NCBI GenBank assembly: GCA_963826115.1
Contig: CAWGVS010000012.1
Location: 816,118-880,117 of the forward strand
Direction of reading: 5' to 3'
DNA length: 64,000 nt
Source of the DNA: an uncultured Candidatus Rokubacteria bacterium
GTDB lineage: Bacteria > Methylomirabilota > Methylomirabilia > Rokubacteriales > DASRDR01
Part shown: positions 1 to 13,174 of the stretch, one piece after another
Numbering within the stretch: the first letter of the stretch is position 1
How the letters are laid out: every line of letters starts with the position of its first letter
Translations under genes and position numbers: made by a program
Notes under the pieces: generated by a model
What the model was told of the DNA's origin: nothing
Seen by the model: only the letters and a program-made list of their open reading frames with translations
Databases searched by the model: none

Positions 1-512
1 ACCGCTATGGCGTGAAGATCTACCGTCTCGCGCTCCGGATCACGGGCAGTCCCGAGGACGCGCAGGAAGTGAGCCAGGACGTCCTCTGGACCATCGTCCG
101 GAAGATCGGCACGTTCAAGGGCGAGTCGGCGCTCGGGAGCTGGATCTATCGCATCACCGCGAACGCGGCGTACGAGAAGCTCCGGAGCCGGCGCGGCAAG
201 GACGAGGTCTCGTGGGAAGCCCTCCTCCCGGCCTTCGACGGCGACGGCCACTTCGTCGAGCCGGGCCACGACTGGAGCCAGCAGATCGAGGATCCGGCGC
301 TCCAGGCCGAGGCGCGGCGCCGGCTCCGCGACGCCATCGACAGCCTGCCGCCGGATTACCGGACGGCCTTCGTCCTCCACGACATGGAGGGGCTGTCGAA
401 CCCGGAGATCGCGGACATGCTGGGCATCAGCCTGCCGGCCGTGAAGTCGCGCGTCCACCGCTCGCGCCTGTTCCTGCGGCAGCGGCTCGGGGAGTACTTC
501 CGGGCAGGATAG
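1..512 (+). CDS. ECF RNA polymerase sigma factor (sigma-70 group 4), 5'-truncated by the window edge
   Basis: Frame is open from the window start (RYGVKIYRLALR). Region 2 motifs DAQEVSQDV and SWIYRITAN; region 4 motifs LPPDYRTAFVLHDMEGLSNPEIA and VKSRVHRSR. Confidence 0.9.
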   Translation, partial: RYGVKIYRLALRITGSPEDAQEVSQDVLWTIVRKIGTFKGESALGSWIYRITANAAYEKLRSRRGKDEVSWEALLPAFDGDGHFVEPGHDWSQQIEDPALQAEARRRLRDAIDSLPPDYRTAFVLHDMEGLSNPEIADMLGISLPAVKSRVHRSRLFLRQRLGEYFRAG

Positions 513-1221
513 TCGCGGGCGGCCGCGCCTCAGCCCTCGGGCTCGACGGCGGCCGCGCGCGCCAGCGCATCGCGAGCCACGCCCCGGCGCCGATCAGCGC
601 CGCGGCCCCGAGGGTCAGGACCGTCACGGTTCCCGTCGAACTCCCGCTGAGGTCGCCCGCCCAGGCCATGAGAAAGATCGCGGGGGTCATCCCGATCGCC
701 GTGGCGACGAGGAACGGCCCGAGGCGCATCGGCGTGAGCCCGGCGGCGAAGCTCAGGAGATCGAACGCGGTGAACGGCAGGAGCCGCGCCAGGAGCACTG
801 CGAGCCAGCCGTGCCGCGCGAAGAGCGCGTCCGTCCGCCGGAGCGCCGCGGGGTTCACCAGGCGCTCGACCACGGGCCGCCCCCAGCGGCGCGCGAGGCC
901 GAAGCAGAGCGCCGCCGACACGAGCACGCTCGCCCAGGAGAGGAGGCCGCCCCAGAGCGTGCCGAAGAGGAGCCCGCTCGCGTAGACGATCGGGAACGAC
1001 GGGAGCGGCGCCAGCACCGCCTGAACCTGGATCAGCGTGAAGGTGACGAGCGGCGCCCACGCGCCGAAGCCGCGGAGGTAGTCGCGCACGCCGGGGAAGT
1101 CCCCGGCGGCGATGAGGCGTGTCACCTCGAGGAACCCCGCGCGGCAGGGGCCCCAGCCGGCGGCGACGGCGAGGCCGGCGAGGGCGACGAGGAGGATGGG
1201 GAGCGCGGGCCGGCGACGCAC
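427..1221 (-). CDS. TVP38/TMEM64 (VTT/DedA superfamily) membrane protein
   Basis: Hydrophobic protein with family motifs QAVLAPLPS, GLLFG..WG, RLLPFTAFDLLSFAAGLT and FLVATAIG. GTG start; the C-terminal tail overlaps the sigma gene. Confidence 0.85.
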   Translation of the reverse strand: MRRRPALPILLVALAGLAVAAGWGPCRAGFLEVTRLIAAGDFPGVRDYLRGFGAWAPLVTFTLIQVQAVLAPLPSFPIVYASGLLFGTLWGGLLSWASVLVSAALCFGLARRWGRPVVERLVNPAALRRTDALFARHGWLAVLLARLLPFTAFDLLSFAAGLTPMRLGPFLVATAIGMTPAIFLMAWAGDLSGSSTGTVTVLTLGAAALIGAGAWLAMRWRARPPSSPRAEARPPATILPGSTPRAAAAGTGASGGRATSRPAG

Positions 1222-1271
1222 CCGGCCATGCTACCACCGGTCGCGCGGCCCGCCGGGGCCGGTCCGAGACG

Positions 1272-1300
1272 TTGACACTGCGCGATCGGTATGGTCAAAT
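1272..1300 (+). promoter_or_regulatory. Putative sigma70 promoter of the rplU operon
   Basis: TTGACA (1272-1277), 17 nt spacer, TG-g-TCAAAT. SD GAGGAGG lies before the GTG at 1351. Confidence 0.5.
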
Positions 1301-1350
1301 TGGCGCTTCGGATAGCCCGCGCTCGCCGTCATTCTCCGAGGAGGCCACCC

Positions 1351-1668
1351 GTGGAAGCCGTCATCATCTCCGGAGGCAAGCAGTATCGGGTCCGAGAAGG
1401 GGACGTCGTGCGTCTCGAGCGTCTCCCGACCGGGCAGGGCGACACGGTGGAGTTCCGCGAGGTGGCGTACCTCCGGGCCGAGGGCGATCCCGTCGTGGAC
1501 CCCGCCCGCCTCGGCGCGGCGCGCGTCCTCGGCCAGGTCGTGCAGCAGGGCCGGGACAAGAAGATCGTCGTCGTGAAGTTCAAGCGCCGGAAGAACTACC
1601 GGCGCCGGCAGGGTCATCGCCAGGCGTTCACCGCGGTCCGGATCACCCGGATCGAAGCGGGCGCCTGA
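1351..1668 (+). CDS. rplU: 50S ribosomal protein L21
   Basis: [29 protein letters not shown] start after a strong SD. Confidence 0.97.
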   Translation: MEAVIISGGKQYRVREGDVVRLERLPTGQGDTVEFREVAYLRAEGDPVVDPARLGAARVLGQVVQQGRDKKIVVVKFKRRKNYRRRQGHRQAFTAVRITRIEAGA

Positions 1669-1687
1669 GGACACGGAGCCCCAGACC

Positions 1688-1948
1688 ATGGCGCACAAGA
1701 AGGGCGTCGGCAGCTCGCGGAACGGCCGGGACAGCCAGCCGAAGATGCTGGGCGTGAAGCGCTTCGCCGGGCAGTGGGTGCCCGCCGGCTCGATCCTGGT
1801 CCGGCAGCGCGGGACGCGGTTCTTCCCGGGCCGGAACGTCGGGCTCGGCGTCGACTTCACGCTCTTCGCCAAGGCGAACGGCGTGGTGGCCTTCGAAGAG
1901 CGGAACGGCCGCCGCCTCATCAGCATCCACGAGGCCGCCGCCTCCTAA
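1688..1948 (+). CDS. rpmA: 50S ribosomal protein L27
   Basis: [24 protein letters not shown]; follows rplU. Confidence 0.98.
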   Translation: MAHKKGVGSSRNGRDSQPKMLGVKRFAGQWVPAGSILVRQRGTRFFPGRNVGLGVDFTLFAKANGVVAFEERNGRRLISIHEAAAS

Positions 1949-4119
<2,171 letters not shown>

Positions 4120-4143
4120 GCCCGCAGGCCACGTGATACCCTA

Positions 4144-5415
4144 ATGGCCGTGGCGGCGATCGACGTGCGCGAGCTGGTCGAGACGCGTGCCCGGGCCGCG
4201 CGCGACGCCGCCCGGAGCCTGGCGCTCGCCAGCGCGCGGGTGAAGGGGGACGCGCTCCTCGCCATGGCGCGCGGCGTGGAGGAGAAGGCGCCGGCCATCC
4301 TCGAGGCGAACCGCGCCGACCTCGACCGGGCGCGCGGCCAGGGCCACCCCCGCGCGTTCCTGGACCGGCTCACCCTGACCGAGGCGCGCATCGAGGACAT
4401 GGCGGCGGGGATCCGCCAGGTCGCGGCGCTGCCGGATCCGGTGGGCGAGATCGTCCGCGGCTGGCGCCGGCCGAACGGCATGGAGATCACGAAGGTCCGC
4501 GTGCCGCTCGGCGTGATCGGGTTCATCTACGAGAGCCGCCCCAACGTCACCGCCGACGCCGCCGCGCTCTGCATCAAGAGCGGGAACGCCTGCGTGCTCC
4601 GCGGCGGGCGCGAGGCGCTCGAGTCGAACGCGGTGATCGCCGCGATCCTCGGGAAGGGCCTCGAGAAGGCCGGGCTCCCCGCGGAGGCGCTCGGCTTCAT
4701 CGACGTCCCCGACCGGGCGGCCGTCGAGATCCTCATCACGCTGGACCGCCTCGTCGACCTCATCGTGCCGCGCGGCGGGGAGGCGTTCGTGCGCTTCGTC
4801 ACCGAGCGCGCCACCGTCCCGATCCTCAAGCACGACAAGGGCGTCTGCCACGTCTACGTCCACGCGGGCGCGGACCTCGGCATGGCGGCCGACATCGCGC
4901 TGAACGCGAAGGCTCAGCGTCCGGGCGTGTGCAACGCCATGGAGACGCTCCTCGTCCACGCGGACGCGGCGCCCACGTTCCTGCCCGCGGTCGCCGCGCG
5001 CTTCCGCGCGGCGGGCGTCGAGCTCCGCGGCTGCCCCCGGACGCTCGAGCTCGTGCCGGAGGCGCGCCCGGCCACGGACGCCGACTGGGACACGGAGTAC
5101 CTCGACCTCATCCTGTCGGTGCGGGTCGTGCCGAGCCTCGACGAGGCCATCGCGCACGTCCGGCGACACGGCTCGGGTGTGGCGGAGGCGATCGTCACGC
5201 GGGACCTCGCGGCCGCGCGCCGCTTCGTGGCGGAGGTGGACGCCGGGTGCGTCCTGATCAACGCGTCCACACGGCTCGTCGACGGCAACCAGTTCGGCAT
5301 GGGCGCGGAGCTCGGCATCTCGACCTCGAAGCTCCACGCGCGCGGGCCCGTCGGCGTCGAGGAGCTCACCACGACGAAGTTCGTGGTGACCGGCTCCGGC
5401 CAGATCCGCGAGTAA
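4144..5415 (+). CDS. proA: Gamma-glutamyl phosphate reductase
   Basis: RVPLGVIGFIYESRPNVT, CNAMETLL, GAELGISTSKLHARGPVG. Confidence 0.97.
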   Translation: MAVAAIDVRELVETRARAARDAARSLALASARVKGDALLAMARGVEEKAPAILEANRADLDRARGQGHPRAFLDRLTLTEARIEDMAAGIRQVAALPDPVGEIVRGWRRPNGMEITKVRVPLGVIGFIYESRPNVTADAAALCIKSGNACVLRGGREALESNAVIAAILGKGLEKAGLPAEALGFIDVPDRAAVEILITLDRLVDLIVPRGGEAFVRFVTERATVPILKHDKGVCHVYVHAGADLGMAADIALNAKAQRPGVCNAMETLLVHADAAPTFLPAVAARFRAAGVELRGCPRTLELVPEARPATDADWDTEYLDLILSVRVVPSLDEAIAHVRRHGSGVAEAIVTRDLAAARRFVAEVDAGCVLINASTRLVDGNQFGMGAELGISTSKLHARGPVGVEELTTTKFVVTGSGQIRE

Positions 5416-5448
5416 CCGTGGCGGGAGCCCGCCCCTGAGGCGCCGCCG

Positions 5449-6117
5449 ATGGCGGAGTGGCGGCTCGGCATCCTGGGCGGCACGTTCAACCCGATCCATC
5501 TCGGGCACCTGGTCCTCGCCGAGGCCTTCCGCGAGCGGCTCGCCCTCGACCGCATCCTGTTCGTGCCCGCGGCGACGCCGCCCCACAAGCCGCCCCTCGG
5601 ACTCGTGCCCGCGCTCCACCGCTACGCGATGGTGAGCCTCGCGGTGGCGGGGCACCCCGGCTTCGTCGCGTGCCCGACCGAGCTCGAGCGCGCGGGGCCG
5701 TCCTACTCCGCCGACACCGTGGAGATCCTCGCCGGCGACTGGCCCGGCGCGCGGCTCTTCTTCCTGATGGGGAGCGACACGTTCCTCGACCTGCCGACGT
5801 GGCGGACGCCGGAGCGGCTCGGCGTGTTCGCGACGCTCGGCGTCGGGTACCGGGCCGGCAGCGCCTTCGAGCCCGAGGGGCCGGCCGCGCGGGCGGTCCT
5901 GGCCCGGTACGGGCGGCCGGGCTGGCGCCGCGTGCCGCCGGTCGCTCCGGAAACGCTCGCGCCCGGCGACTGCGCGCTCGTCGAGATGCGCTCCGTCCCC
6001 GTGTCGGCGCGCGGGGTGCGCGAGCGGCTCGCGGCCGGGGAGAGCGTCCGGGACCAGGTGCCGCTGGCCGTGGCCGAGTACATCACCGATCATCGCCTCT
6101 ACGGGAGACCCATCTAG
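5449..6117 (+). CDS. nadD: Nicotinate-nucleotide adenylyltransferase
   Basis: GGTFNPIHLGH (HIGH motif), PPHK, FLMGSD, C-terminal YI..H.LY; conserved proA-nadD-rsfS order. Confidence 0.93.
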   Translation: MAEWRLGILGGTFNPIHLGHLVLAEAFRERLALDRILFVPAATPPHKPPLGLVPALHRYAMVSLAVAGHPGFVACPTELERAGPSYSADTVEILAGDWPGARLFFLMGSDTFLDLPTWRTPERLGVFATLGVGYRAGSAFEPEGPAARAVLARYGRPGWRRVPPVAPETLAPGDCALVEMRSVPVSARGVRERLAAGESVRDQVPLAVAEYITDHRLYGRPI

Positions 6118-6118
6118 C

Positions 6119-6469
6119 GTGGCTGGTTCTGTCAGCGAGAAGGCCCAGTTGTCGGCGCGCGCCGCGCTCGACAAGCGGGCGCAGGCCCTCCAGCTCCTCG
6201 ATCTCGCCGCCCTGTCCGGGATCGCCGACTACTTCGTCCTCTGCACCGGCTCGTCGACGACCCACGTCTCGACGATCGCCGAGGCGGTGGAGTCGGCACT
6301 CAAGGCCGCCGGCTACCGCGCCCTCCACCGGGAGGGCGTGGCCGCGTCCGGATGGCTCCTCCTCGACTACGGCGACGTCGTCGTCCACGTCTTCCTCCCC
6401 GAGACGCGCGCGTTCTACGCGCTCGACCGGCTCTGGGGCGACGCGCCCGAGGTGCCGATCGAGGCGTGA
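6119..6469 (+). CDS. rsfS: Ribosome silencing factor RsfS
   Basis: ADYFVLCTG, WLLLDYGDVVVHVF, RAFYALDRLW. Confidence 0.95.
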   Translation: MAGSVSEKAQLSARAALDKRAQALQLLDLAALSGIADYFVLCTGSSTTHVSTIAEAVESALKAAGYRALHREGVAASGWLLLDYGDVVVHVFLPETRAFYALDRLWGDAPEVPIEA

Positions 6470-6558
6470 AGGCCGCGCGGCTGGACACCCCTCCGGCCGC
6501 ATGCTACGGTGACCTCACGCGCCGGGCGCGTTGGGGTCGGCGCGGTGGAGGAGGGCGA

Positions 6559-6942
6559 ATGGCGATGGCGACCAAGCTCGGCCAGCACCGGCTGAAGGCG
6601 TTGCGGGAAGCCCTCGTCGCCAAGCGCCGCCAGCTCGAGACCGAGGTCGGCCGCAGCGTCCTCTACGAGAAGGGCCTCGACGACGACGCGACCAAGGACC
6701 TGGGCGACCAGGCCAACACCGCCTACACGCGCGAGTTCCAGTTCGAGCTCGGGAACGGCGACCGTCGCCTCCTGCGGGAGGTGCTGACCGCGCTCCGGAA
6801 GCTCGACGAGGGCGGCTTCGGCGAGTGCGAGCGGTGCAGCGAGCCGATCGGCGACAAGCGCCTCGACGCGCTCCCGTTCGCCCGCTACTGCATCGACTGC
6901 CAGCGGCGCCTCGAGCGCGAGGACAAGGCCGCCGCCGGCTAG
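6559..6942 (+). CDS. DksA/TraR-family C4 zinc-finger protein
   Basis: Coiled-coil tip DLGDQA (DxxDxA) and CERC...RLDALP...CIDC. SD GGAGGAGG before ATG 6559; putative own promoter TGGACA-17-TACGGT at 6482-6510. Confidence 0.88.
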   Translation: MAMATKLGQHRLKALREALVAKRRQLETEVGRSVLYEKGLDDDATKDLGDQANTAYTREFQFELGNGDRRLLREVLTALRKLDEGGFGECERCSEPIGDKRLDALPFARYCIDCQRRLEREDKAAAG

Positions 6943-6969
6943 GCCGGCTTCCCCCCGAGGGGCCCCTCG

Positions 6970-7716
6970 ATGGCCCTCGCCGTCGCGCGCTGGCTCGATC
7001 CCCTTCTCGACCTCGTCTTCCCGGCCGTCTGCCCGGTCTGCGAGACCCGCTCCGACGATCCCGCGCATCGCCCGTTCTGCGGTCCCTGCTGGGCCGCCCT
7101 CCCGGTCGGCGTCGGCCCGGGGTGCGTCGTGTGCGGCGAGCCCTTCCCGGGGCTCGCCGGGCGCCGGCCCTGCGACGCATGCCGCCGGACCCCGCCGCCC
7201 TACGCGTTCGCGCGGGCCGTCGCGCCCTACCGGGACGGCATGCGCGAGGCGATCCACGCGCTGAAGTTCGGGGGCCGCCCCGTCCTCGCGACGCCGCTCG
7301 GGGCGCTCCTCGCCGAGGCGGGCGCCGGCGTCCTGCCCGCGCCGCCCGAGAGCGCCATCGACGGCCTGGTGCCGGTCCCGCTCCACCCGGCCCGGCTCGC
7401 CGAGCGCGGGTTCAACCAGGCCGAGCTCCTGGCGGCGCCGTGTGCGGCCCGCTGGGAGGTGCCGGTGCTCGGGCGCGCCCTCATCCGCGCGCGGCCGACG
7501 CGGCCCCAGACGGACCTCGACGCCGCGGCCCGGCGCGCGAACGTCCGGAGCGCGTTCCGCGTGCCGCGTCCCGCGGCGGTGCGCGGCCGGCGGCTCCTGC
7601 TGATCGACGACGTCCTCACGACGGGCGCGACGGTCGGCGCGGCCGCCGCGACGCTCCGGGCGGCCGGGGCCGCGGCGGTCGGCGTCCTGACCCTCGCCCG
7701 CGTCGTCCAGCGCTGA
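6970..7716 (+). CDS. ComF-family protein (double zinc ribbon + PRTase fold)
   Basis: Four CxxC pairs, PVPLH..R..ERGFNQ, LLIDDVLTTGAT. Confidence 0.92.
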   Translation: MALAVARWLDPLLDLVFPAVCPVCETRSDDPAHRPFCGPCWAALPVGVGPGCVVCGEPFPGLAGRRPCDACRRTPPPYAFARAVAPYRDGMREAIHALKFGGRPVLATPLGALLAEAGAGVLPAPPESAIDGLVPVPLHPARLAERGFNQAELLAAPCAARWEVPVLGRALIRARPTRPQTDLDAAARRANVRSAFRVPRPAAVRGRRLLLIDDVLTTGATVGAAAATLRAAGAAAVGVLTLARVVQR

Positions 7717-8850
<1,134 letters not shown>

Positions 8851-8900
8851 GCCCGGCCCTCCGGGCGCGGCCGGGCCCGGCCGGCCGCCGCGCCCCCGCC

Positions 8901-10088
8901 ATGTCGAAGCGCACGATCGAGACCGTCGACCTCCGGGACCGCCGCGTCTTCGTGCGCGTCGACTTCAACGTCCCGCTCGGCGCCGACGGCGAGGTGAGCG
9001 AGGACGCGCGCATCCGGGCGGTCCTGCCGACCCTCCACCACGCGCGGACGCACGGCGCGCGCACGATGATCGTCGCGTCCCACCTCGGGCGCCCCAAGGG
9101 CGGGCCCGAGCCGAGGTTCTCGCTTGCGCCGGTCGCGCGGCGCCTCGGCGCGCTCCTGGGCGAGACGGTGCCGCTCGCCGGCGACTGCGTCGGGCCGGCC
9201 GTCGAGCGGCAGGCGACCGGCTTGCCCAGGGGCGGCCTCCTCCTCCTCGAGAATCTCCGCTTCCACGCCGGCGAGGAGGCGAACGATCCCGCCTTCGCGG
9301 GCGCGCTCGCGCGGCTCGGCGACGTCTATGTGGACGACGCGTTCGCGGCGGCGCACCGGGCCCACGCCTCGACCGAGGGCATCACGCGGCACCTCCGGCC
9401 GGCGGTGGCCGGGCTCCTCATGAAGCAGGAGCTCACCGCGCTCGCGCGGATCTTCGACGCGCCGGCGCGCCCGCTGGTCGCGATCCTCGGGGGCGCGAAG
9501 GTCTCCGACAAGCTCGCGCTCATCTCGTCCCTCCTCGGCAAGGTCGACCGGCTCCTCGTCGGTGGCGGGATGGCGTTCACGTTCCTCCGGGCCCAGGGCC
9601 ACGCCGTCGGGCGGTCCCTCCTCGAGGCGAGCCTGGTGGACACGGCGCGGAAGCTCCTCGACGAGGCGCGCGCCCGCGGGGTCGACTTGCGCCTTCCCGT
9701 CGACACGGTGGTCGCGGCCGGGCCCGACGCCGCCGCGGGCACGGTCGTCGGGAGCGACGCGATCCCGGCGGACCTGATGGGCCTCGACATCGGCCCGGCC
9801 ACCGTGCGCCACTTCGCGGAGGGCCTCCGCGACTGCCGGACCATCATCTGGAATGGCCCGATGGGCGTGTTCGAGCGGGCCCCGTTCGCCGCCGGCACGC
9901 TCGGGCTGGCGCGGGCCGTCGCGGACTCGGCCGCGCTGTCGGTCGTCGGCGGCGGGGACTCGGTGGCCGCCGTGGAGGCCGCGGGGGTCGCCGACCGCAT
10001 CGGGTATCTCTCCACGGGCGGCGGCGCGTTCCTGGAGTACCTCGAGGGGCGAACCCTCCCGGGCGTCGCCGCGCTGGACGACGCGTGA
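8901..10088 (+). CDS. pgk: Phosphoglycerate kinase
   Basis: VRVDFNVP, LLENLRF, GGAKVSDK, WNGPMGVFE, STGGGA. ATG at 8901. Confidence 0.97.
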   Translation: MSKRTIETVDLRDRRVFVRVDFNVPLGADGEVSEDARIRAVLPTLHHARTHGARTMIVASHLGRPKGGPEPRFSLAPVARRLGALLGETVPLAGDCVGPAVERQATGLPRGGLLLLENLRFHAGEEANDPAFAGALARLGDVYVDDAFAAAHRAHASTEGITRHLRPAVAGLLMKQELTALARIFDAPARPLVAILGGAKVSDKLALISSLLGKVDRLLVGGGMAFTFLRAQGHAVGRSLLEASLVDTARKLLDEARARGVDLRLPVDTVVAAGPDAAAGTVVGSDAIPADLMGLDIGPATVRHFAEGLRDCRTIIWNGPMGVFERAPFAAGTLGLARAVADSAALSVVGGGDSVAAVEAAGVADRIGYLSTGGGAFLEYLEGRTLPGVAALDDA

Positions 10089-10906
10089 TGGGGCGTCCGG
10101 TGGCCGAGCGCCCCGCGCCGCGCACGCCGGTGATCGCGGGCAACTGGAAGATGCACACCAGCCTCGCCGAGGCGCGGACGCTGGCCGCGGCCGTGCGCGA
10201 CGGCTGCCGGGGGCTCGCGGACATCCGGGTCGCCGTCTGCCCGCCCTTCACGGCGCTCGCCGCGGTGGCCGAGGTCCTGGCCGGCTCGAGCATCCTCGTC
10301 GGGGCCCAGGACGCGCACTGGGAGGCGGCGGGCGCGTTCACGGGCTCGGTCTCGCCCGCTCAGGTGCGGGACGCCGGCGCCCGTCTCGTCATCCTCGGCC
10401 ACTCCGAGCGGCGCCACGGCCTCGGCGAGACCGACGAGGTCGTGCGGGACAAGGTGACGGCCGCGCTCGCCCACGGGCTGACGCCGCTCGTCTGCGTCGG
10501 CGAGACCGCCGCCGAGCGGAAGGCGTCGCGCACGCTGGCCGTGGTCACCGCGCAGCTCGCCGACGCGCTCGGCGAGCGGCCGGCGGCCGAGATCGGGCGC
10601 TGCTGGCTCGCGTACGAGCCCGTGTGGGCGATCGGCACCGGGCAGACCGCGACGCCCGCCCAGGCCGGCGAGGTGCACGGCGAGCTCCGGGCCGCGCTCG
10701 CGGGGCTCGCGGGCGCCGCCGTCGCCGCCGCGTGCCCGATCCTCTACGGCGGGAGCGTCAAGTCCGAGGTGATCCCCGCGCTCATGGCCCAGCCCGACAT
10801 CGACGGCGCCCTCGTGGGGGGCGCGAGTCTCAAGGCCGCCGAGTTCATCGCCATCGTCCGGGCCGGCCTCGACGCCAAGGGCCGCGCGGGCGTGGCCGCG
10901 CGCTGA
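10088..10906 (+). CDS. tpiA: Triosephosphate isomerase
   Basis: AGNWKM, GHSERR, AYEPVWAIGTG, YGGSV, LVGGASL. Confidence 0.97.
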   Translation: MGRPVAERPAPRTPVIAGNWKMHTSLAEARTLAAAVRDGCRGLADIRVAVCPPFTALAAVAEVLAGSSILVGAQDAHWEAAGAFTGSVSPAQVRDAGARLVILGHSERRHGLGETDEVVRDKVTAALAHGLTPLVCVGETAAERKASRTLAVVTAQLADALGERPAAEIGRCWLAYEPVWAIGTGQTATPAQAGEVHGELRAALAGLAGAAVAAACPILYGGSVKSEVIPALMAQPDIDGALVGGASLKAAEFIAIVRAGLDAKGRAGVAAR

Positions 10907-10941
10907 CCGACCATGACCCAGCCACCAGTGAGGTGCCTCAC

Positions 10942-11271
10942 GTGTACTACGTGCTGATTGCCGTGCACGTCCTCGTCTGTCTCGCCATCATCGGGATCGT
11001 GCTGCTCCAGGCCGGGAAGGGCGCCGACATCGGCTCGGCGTTCGGCGGGGGCGGGAGCCAGGCGGTGTTCGGCTCCATGGGCACGCCCACGATCCTGGGC
11101 AAGATCACGACCGTCGTCGCGATCCTGTTCATGATCACGTCGTTCAGCCTGGCGAAGCTCTCGTCGCGGGCGGCGTCGGTCGTGCCGGCCAGCATGCCGG
11201 CCCCCGCCGCGGAGACGCCGGCGCCGGCGGCGCCGGGCGCGCCGGCGCCCGCGCCCGCGCAGCCGAAGTAG
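10942..11271 (+). CDS. secG: Preprotein translocase subunit SecG
   Basis: Two TM segments, VLLQAGKGADIGSAFGGGGSQAVFGS, Pro/Ala tail; tpiA-secG synteny. GTG start after GAGGTG. Confidence 0.93.
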   Translation: MYYVLIAVHVLVCLAIIGIVLLQAGKGADIGSAFGGGGSQAVFGSMGTPTILGKITTVVAILFMITSFSLAKLSSRAASVVPASMPAPAAETPAPAAPGAPAPAPAQPK

Positions 11272-11282
11272 CCCGTCGCGAC

Positions 11283-13159
11283 ATGATCCCGACGCCGGGT
11301 CGCGGCCGGGTCCTGGCCTCGCTGGGCGCGCTCCTGGCCGTTGCGGGGCTGGCGCTGCTCCTCCCGCGCCCCGCCGCGCCCCAGGCGGCCGGGGCGAAGG
11401 TGACGGTCGCGCACGCGTTCTCGATGCACGGGGACCTCAAGTACCCGGCCGGCTTCCCGCACTTCCAGTACGTCAATCCCGAGGCCCCCGGGGCGGGGAC
11501 GTCCGGCTCGCGGCCATCGGCACCTTCGACACGCTGAACCCGTTCGTCCTGAAGGGCGTGCCCGCGGTCGGGCTCGGGAACGTGTTCGACACGCTCACCG
11601 TGGCGTCCGAGGACGAGCCGTTCTCGCAGTACGGACTCATCGCCGAGACGATCGAGATGCCGGCCGACCGCTCGTGGGTGGCCTTCAACCTCCGCCCCCA
11701 GGCCCGCTTCCACGACGGGAGCCCCATCACGGTCGAGGACGTCGTCTGGACGTTCGACGCGCTCAAGACGAAGGGGCGGCCCTTCTACCGGAGCTACTAC
11801 GCCCAGGTCGTGAAGGCCGAGAAGGCGGGCGACCGCAAGGTGCGCTTCGCGTTCGCGCCCGGAGAGAACCGCGAGCTGCCGCTGATCGTCGGCCAGCTCC
11901 CCGTGCTGTCGCGCACGTACTGGAGCAAGCGCGACTTCGAGAAGACGACGCTCGAGCCGCCCCTCGGCAGCGGGGCGTACCGCATCGACGCCGTCGACCC
12001 CGGGCGCTCCATCACGTACCGCCGGGTGAAGGACTACTGGGCCGCGAAGCTCGCCGTGAACGTGGGCCGGGACAACTTCGACGCGCTCCGCTACGACTAC
12101 TACCGCGACTCCACGGTGGCGATCGAGGCGTTGAAGGCGGGCGAGTACGACTTCCGCCTGGAGAACGTGGCCAAGAACTGGGCCACCGCGTACGCGACGC
12201 CGGCGGTGACGCGCGGGCTCCTCCGGAAGGAGGAGATCCCGAACGAGGTCCCGACCGGCATGCAGGGCTTCGTCTTCAACACGCGCCGGCCGATCTTCCA
12301 GGACGCCCGCGTGCGCCGCGCGCTCGCCTACGCGTTCGACTTCGAGTGGAGCAACAAGAACCTCTTCTTCGGCGCGTACACGCGCACCCGGAGCTACTTC
12401 TCGAACTCGGAGCTGGCCTCGAGCGGCCTGCCGAGCGGCGAGGAGCTGAAGGCGCTCGAGCCGTTCCGGGGCAAGGTCCCCGACGAGGTCTTCGCCAAGG
12501 AGTACCAGCCGCCGGCGACCGACGGGAGCGGCAACGTCCGGGACGGCGCGCGGGAGGCGCTCCGGCTCCTCGGCGAGGCCGGCTGGACCGTCAAGGGCCA
12601 GAAGCTGGTCGACGGCCGCGGGGAGCCGATGCAGTTCGAGATCCTGCTCGACGACCCCACCTGGGAGCGGATCGCGCTGCCCTTCGCGAAGAACCTCGAG
12701 CGGCTCGGCGTCACCGCGCGTGTCCGGGTCGTCGACGCGGCTCAGTACGAGAAGCGGTCGGACGACTTCGACTTCGACATGATCGTCGGGCTGTGGCCGC
12801 AGTCGCTGTCGCCGGGCAACGAGCAGCGCGAGTTCTGGGCCTCCCAGACCGCCGCGGAGCGCGGGAGCCGAAACCTCGCGGGCATCAAGGACCCCGCCGT
12901 CGACAAGCTCATCGACCTGGTGATCCAGGCGCCCGACCGGCCGGGCCTGGTCGCCCGGACCCGCGCCCTCGACCGGGTGCTCCTGTGGGGGCACTACGTC
13001 ATCCCCCACTGGCACATCCGCGCGTTCCGCGTCGTCTACTGGGACAAGTTCGCGCGGCCCGCCGTCTCGCCCCGGTTCGCGCTCGGCTTCGATACCTGGT
13101 GGGTCGACGCGGCGAAGGAGGCCGCCCTCGCCCGTCGAAAGGGCGAGATTCCGAAGTAG
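11283..13159 (+). pseudogene. yejA: YejA-like peptide/microcin C ABC substrate-binding protein, split by a 1-nt frameshift near 11485-11495 (real lesion or sequencing error)
   Basis: ORF 11283 gives a signal peptide and HAFSMHGDLKYPAGFPHFQYVNPEAP. Another frame continues GGDVRLAAIGTFDTLNPF...SPGNEQREFW...FDTWWVD. One extra base in the CCCCC/GGGG run joins the two. Confidence 0.85.
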
Positions 13160-13174
13160 CCCCGGCGCGCGCCG

